Of a stretch of 21,680 bases of DNA, positions 10,468-17,297 are shown piece after piece (positions within the stretch are counted from its first letter, which is position 1; each line of letters opens with the position of its first letter). The DNA comes from Candidatus Oleincola secundus (GTDB lineage: Bacteria; Atribacterota; Phoenicimicrobiia; Phoenicimicrobiales; Stramentimicrobiaceae). The stretch lies in NCBI GenBank assembly GCA_018400815.1, contig JAGYLS010000024.1:1-21680 (forward strand), given 5' to 3'. The notes under the pieces are model-generated. The model was not told where the DNA came from. It saw nothing but the letters and a program-made list of their open reading frames with translations, and made no database searches. A program made the translations under genes and the position numbers.

Positions 10468-10533
10468 TTCAAATTCCTCCTTTTATATTCCGTTTTTTTT
10501 TATTTAGAATAGTATAAAATTCCCTGCTAAAAG

Positions 10534-10562
10534 ACTATAGCATATTGTTTTTTTTTAGTCAA
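10534..10562 (-). promoter_or_regulatory. Sigma70-type promoter for infC-rpmI-rplT
   Basis: TTGACT-17 bp-TATAGT with an extended -10 TG. Confidence 0.75.
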
Positions 10563-10609
10563 CATTGTTATTATTTATTTAATTGACCCAAAATACTAAA
10601 AATATGGTT

Positions 10610-12523
10610 TCAAGGTAAATATTTTTCAATAATTTCCTTGTTGAGTTGACTGATAAACTGCTCCATTGTTGAAGGTCCCAAATCACCTTTCCCTTGTTTT
10701 CTGATATTTATCATATTTTTGCCAACTTCTTTATCACCAAAAATTAACATATAAGGAATTTTTTGCATTTCTGCATTCCTTATCTTTGCACCTATTTTCT
10801 CATTATTTTCATCCAGCTCAACCCTGATATTGCAATCAGAAAACATCTTTTCCAATTTTTTGCCATACTCAATATGGCGATCTGCTATAGGCAATAAACG
10901 AACTTGAACCGGAGCAATCCAAGTAGGCAGGGAACCGGCAAATTGTTCAATAAGAATTCCAATAAAACGTTCCAGGCTTCCCAGAATCGTTCTATGCAAC
11001 ATTACCGGTTGTTCCTTTTCTCCCTTGGGATTAATATAATAAAGTTCAAACAGTTCCGGCATAAGAAAATCCAATTGAATAGTACCACATTGCCAACTTC
11101 TTCCCAGACAATCTTTTAAATGAAAATCAATTTTTGGACCATAAAAAGCTCCATCACCTTCATTAATTTTATAAGGTAAACCTTTATCATCTAATGCTTC
11201 TTTCAAGCTATTGGTTGCTTTTTCCCAGACATCATCTGAACCCATAGCATTTTCTGGTTTGGTACTCAATTCAATGTTATAATCAAATCCAAATGTCCGA
11301 TAAAAGAAACCTTCAAAGTCAATAAGTTTCTGCACTTCTTCTTTAATCTGTGAAGGTCTCATATATATATGGGCATCATCCTGAGTAAAGGAACGAACGC
11401 GAAATAAGCCGTGCAAAACTCCGGACAATTCATGTCGATGCACCAATCCTAATTCTGCTATTCTTAAAGGTAGTTCTCTATAACTATGCAATCTATTCTT
11501 ATATACCAAAATACCGCCAGGACAATTCATTGGTTTAACGGCAAAATCTTGTTCATCTATTTTGGTAAAATACATATTCTCTTTATAGTGATCCCAGTGT
11601 CCTGATTTTATCCAAAGCGATTTATTGAGAATAATCGGTGTTTTTATTTCCTGATATCCCTGTTTACGATGCTCTTCCCTCCAAAAATCTTCCAATAAAT
11701 TACGAATAATCATTCCCTTAGGATGAAAAAACGGAAATCCAATTCCTTCTTCTTGAAAGCTATATAAATCAAGATCTTTACCAATTTTTCTATGATCTCT
11801 TCTTTTAGCCTCTTCTATCATCTTTAAATAATGACTTAAGGCCTCGCTTGAATCGAAAGAGATTCCGTATATTCTCTGTAGCATTTTATTTTTCTCATTA
11901 CCTCGCCAATAGGCTCCTGCAAGGCTTAGTAGCTTAAAAGCCTTAACTTTTCCAGTTGAAGGAATATGAGGTCCGCGGCATAAGTCAATAAAGTCACCCT
12001 GTTGGTAGATGGTGACTTCCTCATCAGGAATTTCCTGCAATAATTCTATCTTATAGACTTCCCCCCTTTTCTTAAATAGACCAATAGCTTCTTCCTTTTT
12101 TAAAGTCTTTTTTTGAAAGGGAAGATTTTTCCTTACTATCTCCTTCATCTTTTTTTCGATAGCCTTAAAATCATCGGGAGTGAAAGTATGCTCTGTATCA
12201 AAATCATAATAGAACCCCTCCTCTATAGCGGGGCCAATGGCTAGCTTTGTATCAGGGAATAAAGCCTGAACTGCTTGGGCCATAATGTGCGAGGAACTGT
12301 GAAAAAATATTTCCTTACCCTCACTGGAATCAAATGTAATAACTTCTATTTTGTCGCCTTCTTCAGCTTTATCAGAAATATCCTTTTTTAGTCCATTTGC
12401 TTTTACGGCCAGTGCCTTCTTGGCTAATTGGGGATCATTTAATTTTATAATATCATCAAAAGTCGATTCTGCATCAACTATTACCTTTTTATCATTCCAC
12501 AAAATCACCTTTTTGTCTTTCAT
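10610..12523 (-). CDS. thrS: Threonyl-tRNA synthetase
   Basis: HSSSHIMAQA, DLCRGPH, RDHRKIG, KPMNCPG, GLFRVRSFTQDDAH, GAFYGPKID, WQCGTIQLDF; SD GGAGG. Confidence 0.98.
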   Translation of the reverse strand: MKDKKVILWNDKKVIVDAESTFDDIIKLNDPQLAKKALAVKANGLKKDISDKAEEGDKIEVITFDSSEGKEIFFHSSSHIMAQAVQALFPDTKLAIGPAIEEGFYYDFDTEHTFTPDDFKAIEKKMKEIVRKNLPFQKKTLKKEEAIGLFKKRGEVYKIELLQEIPDEEVTIYQQGDFIDLCRGPHIPSTGKVKAFKLLSLAGAYWRGNEKNKMLQRIYGISFDSSEALSHYLKMIEEAKRRDHRKIGKDLDLYSFQEEGIGFPFFHPKGMIIRNLLEDFWREEHRKQGYQEIKTPIILNKSLWIKSGHWDHYKENMYFTKIDEQDFAVKPMNCPGGILVYKNRLHSYRELPLRIAELGLVHRHELSGVLHGLFRVRSFTQDDAHIYMRPSQIKEEVQKLIDFEGFFYRTFGFDYNIELSTKPENAMGSDDVWEKATNSLKEALDDKGLPYKINEGDGAFYGPKIDFHLKDCLGRSWQCGTIQLDFLMPELFELYYINPKGEKEQPVMLHRTILGSLERFIGILIEQFAGSLPTWIAPVQVRLLPIADRHIEYGKKLEKMFSDCNIRVELDENNEKIGAKIRNAEMQKIPYMLIFGDKEVGKNMINIRKQGKGDLGPSTMEQFISQLNKEIIEKYLP

Positions 12524-12541
12524 TGACTACCTCCAAAAAAT

Positions 12542-12576
12542 AAAAAAACTCACGTTACCTGACATGAGATTTTTTT
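12542..12576 (-). terminator. Terminator-like hairpin immediately upstream of the thrS RBS (possible operator, see findings)
   Basis: Minus strand A7-T-CTCATG-TCAGGTAA-CGTGAG-T7, followed by A-T6-GGAGG. Confidence 0.6.
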
Positions 12577-12618
12577 AACCTATGAACATTAACGTACTGT
12601 AAGATTGTCCTTTCCAAG

Positions 12619-12650
12619 TTATGTTTCAATTAGTAAAAATTGAAACATAA
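12619..12650. repeat. Perfect 12-bp inverted repeat
   Basis: TTATGTTTCAAT-8 nt-ATTGAAACATAA, abutting the repeat fragment at 12648. Confidence 0.7.
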
Positions 12651-12708
12651 AACCATTTATTTAACCATTACCATCTTCTTAGAAGGTGGTTTTTTATGGT
12701 TAAATAAA
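12648..12708 (-). repeat. Fragment (terminal hairpin only) of the ~235-bp repeated element
   Basis: Nearly identical to 19739-19799: TTTATTTAACCAT...ATGGTTAAATAAA outer stem with inner hairpin ACCATCTTC-TTA-GAAGGTGGT. Confidence 0.85.
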
Positions 12709-12774
12709 GATATTTTATGTTTTTATTTTATGAACAATAATAATAACAAATACCAAAAAAATATCAGAAATAAA

Positions 12775-12849
12775 TGGTGGGCGGTACTGGGATTGAACCA
12801 GTGACCTCTTCCGCGTCAAGGAAGCATTCTTCCACTGAACTAACCGCCC
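12775..12849 (-). tRNA. tRNA-Val(GAC)
   Basis: Cloverleaf GGGCGGT/ACCGCCC-A-CCA; anticodon arm CTTCC-TTGACGC-GGAAG; GGTTCAATCC T-arm. Confidence 0.95.
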
Positions 12850-12865
12850 ACTTATTTTTTATTTG

Positions 12866-12939
12866 TGGAGGCGGCACTCGGATTTGAACCGAGGATGAAG
12901 GATTTGCAATCCTCTGCCTTCCCACTTGGCTATGCCGCC
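12866..12939 (-). tRNA. tRNA-Cys(GCA)
   Basis: GGCGGCA/TGCCGCC-T-CCA (U73); anticodon loop TTGCAAA. Confidence 0.95.
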
Positions 12940-12957
12940 TCATAAAATAGAAAAAAA

Positions 12958-13032
12958 TGGAGCGGAAAACGGGATTTGAACCCGCGACCCTCGCCTTGGC
13001 AAGGCGATGCTCTACCACTGAGCTATTTCCGC
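12958..13032 (-). tRNA. tRNA-Gly(GCC)
   Basis: GCGGAAA/TTTCCGC-T-CCA; anticodon arm TCGCC-TTGCCAA-GGCGA. Confidence 0.96.
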
Positions 13033-13046
13033 ACAATTTTAAAGCA

Positions 13047-13122
13047 TGGTGCCGAGACCCAGAGTTGAACTGGGGACACGTGGATTTTCAGTCCACTGCT
13101 CTACCGACTGAGCTATCTCGGC
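13047..13122 (-). tRNA. tRNA-Phe(GAA)
   Basis: GCCGAGA/TCTCGGC-A-CCA; anticodon arm GTGGA-CTGAAAA-TCCAC. Confidence 0.96.
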
Positions 13123-13150
13123 AGATTGTATTTAAAAAAATCATTTTCGA

Positions 13151-13229
13151 TGGCGGGGTCGACGGGATTTGAACCCGCGATCTCCTGCGTGACAGGCAGG
13201 CGTGTTAAACCGAGCTGCACTACGACCCC
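13151..13229 (-). tRNA. tRNA-Asp(GTC)
   Basis: GGGGTCG/CGACCCC-G-CCA (G73); anticodon arm CCTGC-CTGTCAC-GCAGG. Confidence 0.95.
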
Positions 13230-13242
13230 ATATTAAAAATAA

Positions 13243-13318
13243 TGGTAGGCGGAACAGGGCTTGAACCTGTGACCCCTGGCTTGTAAAGCCAGTGCTCTCC
13301 CAACTGAGCTACCCGCCC
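13243..13318 (-). tRNA. tRNA-Val(TAC)
   Basis: GGGCGGG/TCCGCCT-A-CCA; anticodon arm CTGGC-TTTACAA-GCCAG. Confidence 0.95.
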
Positions 13319-13346
13319 AAATGAACTCCGTAAACCGGCAAGCTCT

Positions 13347-13375
13347 ATTATAACATCTCTTTTTTTCTTTGTCTA
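13347..13375 (-). promoter_or_regulatory. Sigma70-type promoter of the tRNA operon
   Basis: TAGACA-17 bp-TATAAT with an extended -10 TG, about 28 nt upstream of the first tRNA. Confidence 0.75.
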
Positions 13376-13497
13376 TAAAAAAACTTGCCAAAACTTTATA
13401 AAATATAGATTGTTTATTTTAAAATATTTATTTTAGTTTTTTACTGAATAAAATCAGGTTGATTTTATTTTTTTTAGAACAATTGTCCGGATATAAG

Positions 13498-13971
13498 CTA
13501 AAAGGGAATGTCCTCTTCATTGCTGTCTTCTTCAATATGACTATTTTCTTGTCCAGAATTATCTTCAACAGAATCTTCCTGGGATTGATTATTTTTACGG
13601 TACCCATCTTCCGAGCTATTTGTGGTATCCTTCAAATAATCTAAGAATTGAACACTACGTGCATTAATTTCATAAGTTACCCTTTTATTTCCTTCTCTAT
13701 CTTGCCAGGAATTAGACCTGAGCTCTCCATTAATAGCAACTCTTTTTCCCTTTTTTAGAAACTGTGAACAATGTTCGGCCTGCCTTCCCCAAGCAGATAC
13801 ATTTATGAATAATGTGTCTTCCACATTGTTGCCTTCTTGATTTCTAAAACTCCTGTTAACAGCCAAGCCAAATTTGCATACAGCCGTCCCAGAAGGAGTA
13901 TATCTCAGCTCTGGGTCTCTTGTTAAACGACCTATGCCAACAAAAGAATTCAAATCACCAAAAGATGCCAT
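13498..13971 (-). CDS. ssb: Single-stranded DNA-binding protein
   Basis: GRLTRDPELRYTPSG OB fold; acidic tail ending in EEDIPF; SD AGGGAGG. Confidence 0.96.
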   Translation of the reverse strand: MASFGDLNSFVGIGRLTRDPELRYTPSGTAVCKFGLAVNRSFRNQEGNNVEDTLFINVSAWGRQAEHCSQFLKKGKRVAINGELRSNSWQDREGNKRVTYEINARSVQFLDYLKDTTNSSEDGYRKNNQSQEDSVEDNSGQENSHIEEDSNEEDIPF

Positions 13972-14018
13972 AAAATTTCCTCCCTTTATAGAATAGTAAC
14001 ACTAGAATAGTATTTATA

Positions 14019-16517
14019 TCAATGAACTACGATATTTAACAATTTACCTGATACATATATAATCTTATCAATTTTTTTATTATTAATCCACTTTTTAACT
14101 TTTGGTAATTTTAATACTTTTTCTTTAATATCCTCTTCGGAAATATCTGATAATATTTTTATCTTATCCCTTAATTTACCGTTTATTTGTACAACGATGA
14201 GTATTTCCTCTTCTTTCAATGCTTCAATGTTATATTCTGGCCACGGTTCTAAATACAGACTTTTTTTGTATCCAATTTCGTGCCATAATTCTTCACAAAA
14301 ATGTGGAGCAATGGGATTAAGCAATTTGATAGTTGTCTCTATAGCATCTTTAAAAACCAATTTATGTGCCTGACTCATCTGGGAAACTTTCAAATCAAAA
14401 CTATATAAGCTATTTACCAATTCCATAATAGCACTTATAGCAGTATTGAAATGGAACCGCTCTTCAATATCCTCAGTTACCTTTTTTATAGTTTGATGTA
14501 TTTTTCTTTTTAAATCCTTAATATCCTTATTCATAGTATCAGTATTGTTTGAAATGCTGGTATGCTCTTTTTCCTGAAACAGTTTGTGATATTGATATAC
14601 AAGTCGCCAGACACGATTTAAAAAACGAGAGGCGCCTTCAATCCCCTTGTCGCTCCACTCCATGTCAACTTCAGGAGGGCTGGCAAAAAGTATCATCACT
14701 CTGGTCGCATCAATACCATACTGGTTGAATATCTCACCCGGGGTAACTACATTTCCTTTAGACTTTGACATAGCAGCACCATCTTTGCACACCATCCCCT
14801 GTGTAAATAGTCTCTTAAATGGTTCTTTAAAACGAAGGTACCCCATATCATTTAGAGCTTTGACAAAAAAACGGGAATAAAGTAGATGCAAAATTGCGTG
14901 TTCCACACCACCAATATATTGATCAACCGGCATCCAGTAATGTAATTCTTCATCATCAAAAGGTTTATCAGGCAAATTTGGAGAACAAAAACGTAAATAA
15001 TACCAGGAAGAACAAACAAAAGTATCCATGGTATCTGTTTCTCTTCTTGCTTTTCCTCCACAGTTAGGACAAGTGGTATAAAGAAATTCCTTACTAGATA
15101 ACAATGGTGATAACCCTGTAGGTTTAAAATTAACATCTTCCGGTAAATAAACAGGCAAATCAGTTTCAGGTACAGGGACAATTCCGCATTTCTCACAATA
15201 GATTATAGGTATCGGCGCACCCCAATATCGTTGTCTTGATATTAACCAATCTCTTAACCGGTAATTGATTTGTTTTTTTCCTAAATTTTTATCTTCCAGG
15301 TATTTAGTAATGACTTCTTTTGCTTTTAAGCTATGCAAACCATTGAATTCACCAGAATTTACCATTACCCCTTCTCCGTCATAAGCTTCTTTTAAAGTTT
15401 CGCCTGAAAGTGCTGCATTTTCAGGTTGAATAACCACCTTTACAGGAAGGTTATATTTTCGAGCAAATTCTAAATCTCGTTGATCATGTGCCGGTACTGC
15501 CATAACCATTCCGGTTCCATACTCCATCAAAACATAATTAGCAACCCATATGGGAACTTTTTCCTGATTAAGCGGATTAATGGCAAATTGTCCGGTAAAG
15601 CATCCTCTTTTTTCAGTTGTAGCTAAATCTTTTTCAGATACATTTTCCTTGGCAATTTCATTTCTGAATTGCTTAACTTGTTTTTCGTATGATGTTCCCC
15701 TAATAAGTTGTTCAACCATGGGATGTTCAGGAGAAAGAACAAAAAACGTTACTCCAAAAAGTGTATCCGGTCGTGTAGTAAAGACTGGTATAGTTTCATC
15801 TCTTCCGGAAATCTTAAATTCTACTTTAGCGCCTTCACTTCGGCCTATCCAGTTCTTCTGCATAGTTAGCACTCGTTCAGGCCACTCCTCAAGTATATCC
15901 ATATCATCCAAGAGTTGTTGAGCATAATCAGTAATTTTGAAAAACCACTGGGATAATTCCTTTTTTGTTACCTCAGCACCACATCTCTCGCATCTACCAT
16001 TTACAACCTGCTCATTTGCAAGAACAGTTGCACAAGATGGGCACCAATTAACCACAGCCTTCTTCTTATAAGCAAGTCTATTTTTATATAGTTGTAAAAA
16101 TATCCATTGAGTCCATTTATAATATTCAGGGCTACAAGTTGAAATCTCCCGATTCCAATCATAGGTTATTCCCATTGACTGAAGGGTATTTTTCATTTTC
16201 TGTATATTGTTCTTTGTCCATATTGCCGGATGGATCTGATTCTTGATAGCAGCATTCTCGGCAGGTAAACCGAAAGAATCCCAGCCCATAGGATGTAAAA
16301 TATTAAATCCACGACTTTGTTTATAACGTGCCACAACGTCACCTATAACATAGTTCTTAACATGTCCCATGTGTGGCTCTCCGGAAGGATAAGGGAACAT
16401 TTCCAACACATAATATTCTTTTTTATTTTTATCAACATTACTTTCAAAAAAATTCTGACTATGCCAGTATTTCTGCCATTTAGTTTCAACATCCTTAAAA
16501 TCGTATGTTTCTTTCAT
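14019..16517 (-). CDS. leuS: Leucyl-tRNA synthetase
   Basis: [13 protein letters not shown] (HIGH), FTTRPDT and VPAHDQRD editing domain, [19 protein letters not shown] (KMSKS), C-terminal VQINGKLR. Confidence 0.98.
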   Translation of the reverse strand: MKETYDFKDVETKWQKYWHSQNFFESNVDKNKKEYYVLEMFPYPSGEPHMGHVKNYVIGDVVARYKQSRGFNILHPMGWDSFGLPAENAAIKNQIHPAIWTKNNIQKMKNTLQSMGITYDWNREISTCSPEYYKWTQWIFLQLYKNRLAYKKKAVVNWCPSCATVLANEQVVNGRCERCGAEVTKKELSQWFFKITDYAQQLLDDMDILEEWPERVLTMQKNWIGRSEGAKVEFKISGRDETIPVFTTRPDTLFGVTFFVLSPEHPMVEQLIRGTSYEKQVKQFRNEIAKENVSEKDLATTEKRGCFTGQFAINPLNQEKVPIWVANYVLMEYGTGMVMAVPAHDQRDLEFARKYNLPVKVVIQPENAALSGETLKEAYDGEGVMVNSGEFNGLHSLKAKEVITKYLEDKNLGKKQINYRLRDWLISRQRYWGAPIPIIYCEKCGIVPVPETDLPVYLPEDVNFKPTGLSPLLSSKEFLYTTCPNCGGKARRETDTMDTFVCSSWYYLRFCSPNLPDKPFDDEELHYWMPVDQYIGGVEHAILHLLYSRFFVKALNDMGYLRFKEPFKRLFTQGMVCKDGAAMSKSKGNVVTPGEIFNQYGIDATRVMILFASPPEVDMEWSDKGIEGASRFLNRVWRLVYQYHKLFQEKEHTSISNNTDTMNKDIKDLKRKIHQTIKKVTEDIEERFHFNTAISAIMELVNSLYSFDLKVSQMSQAHKLVFKDAIETTIKLLNPIAPHFCEELWHEIGYKKSLYLEPWPEYNIEALKEEEILIVVQINGKLRDKIKILSDISEEDIKEKVLKLPKVKKWINNKKIDKIIYVSGKLLNIVVH

Positions 16518-16541
16518 CCTGATTGTCTCCCTTAAAAATAG

Positions 16542-16586
16542 AAAAACCCGTCACCTGTAATTGATAAATACATTACAAGGGACGAG
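16542..16586 (-). terminator. Intrinsic terminator (attenuator) of the leuS T-box
   Basis: Minus-strand CTCGTC-CCTTGTAAT...ATTACAGG-T-GACGGG followed by TTTTT; mutually exclusive with the antiterminator. Confidence 0.85.
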
Positions 16587-16623
16587 ATTTCCCGTGGTAC
16601 CACCCTTTTTTAGTAGATATTTA

Positions 16624-16699
16624 TGGTGGAGCTGGCGGGAATCGAACCCGCGACCTCCTCCACGCCAAGGAGGCACTCTCCCGACTGAGCTACAGCCCC
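16624..16699 (-). tRNA. tRNA-Ala(GGC), nested within the leuS T-box leader
   Basis: 76-nt cloverleaf GGGGCTG/CAGCTCC-A-CCA with the G3:U70 Ala determinant; anticodon arm CCTCC-TTGGCGT-GGAGG; canonical D- and T-arms. Confidence 0.96.
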
Positions 16700-16890
16700 A
16701 TCTACCCTCTTTGTTCATTTAACGTCTAAAAACGACCTGAGTTACTTTCTAAAAAATTTTTAACTCAGGTATTAAACAGGTGAGCTTTTTGAGATAATGT
16801 ATCAGTTTCCACCATTACTGACTCTCTGCTATCATTACAACTCAATAAATTTCCTGTACTCTATTTTGCTAATTTTAAAAAACTTTTATC

Positions 16891-16919
16891 ATTATAATTA
16901 ATGTAATTTGAAAAGTCAA
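16891..16919 (-). promoter_or_regulatory. Sigma70-type promoter for the T-box/tRNA-Ala/leuS transcript
   Basis: TTGACT-17 bp-TATAAT, near consensus. Confidence 0.85.
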
Positions 16920-16986
16920 TCAATGTGTTTAATATAGTTGCTATTTAATAAAATTGCTAAAAGATAATAAAAACCAACAATGAATG

Positions 16987-17033
16987 AATAAGTGCAGGTC
17001 ATCTTAAAATTAATTAATGTTCCTGCACTCATT
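16987..17033. terminator. Hairpin downstream of the small ORF, possible terminator
   Basis: AATAAGTGCAGG...CCTGCACTCATT, a 12-bp inverted repeat whose one mismatch becomes G-U on the minus strand. Confidence 0.45.
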
Positions 17034-17090
17034 TTAATTTTTAACATTTAATACTTTTAATATTTGAGGATATATTTTTATAAGTCTGAT

Positions 17091-17174
17091 TTATTCATCT
17101 CCTAGCCACCAAATGACTCCCACAATAGCTGCTATTATTGCCGCAATCCAATACCATTCTAAACCTTCAAACAT
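17091..17174 (-). CDS. 27-aa single-pass membrane peptide MFEGLEWYWIAAIIAAIVGVIWWLGDE (below the ORF-track cutoff)
   Basis: ATG preceded by strong SD AAGGGAGGTG; hydrophobic core flanked by Trp; higher GC than the flanks; own candidate promoter and a downstream hairpin. Confidence 0.8.
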   Translation of the reverse strand: MFEGLEWYWIAAIIAAIVGVIWWLGDE

Positions 17175-17215
17175 TTCTTTTCCACCTCCCTTATTATCAT
17201 ATTTATCTTGTTTTT

Positions 17216-17244
17216 ATTATAGTAACAAGACCTCTTTAAAACAA
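17216..17244 (-). promoter_or_regulatory. Candidate promoter of the small ORF
   Basis: TTGTTT-17 bp-TATAAT, overlapped by repeated TCTTGTT/AACAAGA motifs. Confidence 0.55.
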
Positions 17245-17297
17245 GACTTTTTAAAAAATAATTTATATACAAATTATTTTAATGATATTATTCTTGT

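Larger units (their letters stand above)
16542..16857 (-). ncRNA. Leu T-box riboswitch upstream of leuS, with a tRNA nested in Stem III
   Basis: Stem I 16776-16857 (ACAGG/CCTGT) has the AGAGA box, a GGTG loop and specifier CUC (Leu) at 16782-16784. Stem II ACCTGAGTTA/TAACTCAGGT; IIA/B ...ACGTTA; Stem III GTAGAT/ATCTAC; T-box AGGG-TGGTACC-ACG (16593-16606) pairs with CGT-CCCT. Confidence 0.93.

Noticed and set aside
10468..10533. L20 leader RNA upstream of infC
   Set aside because: The leader is only about 60 nt and AT-rich, with no recognisable structure or terminator.
12764..13172. ORFs 12764-13036 (-) and 12957-13172 (+)
   Set aside because: They overlap clear tRNA genes and are spurious translations of tRNA sequence.
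16624..16699. tRNA-Ala as a prophage/island integration scar
   Set aside because: The tRNA is complete, and there is no duplicated 3' fragment or integrase in the window.
17091..17174. Small ORF as a Trp attenuator leader peptide
   Set aside because: No trp genes follow, leuS has its own promoter and Leu T-box, and the Trp positions fit membrane-interface anchoring.
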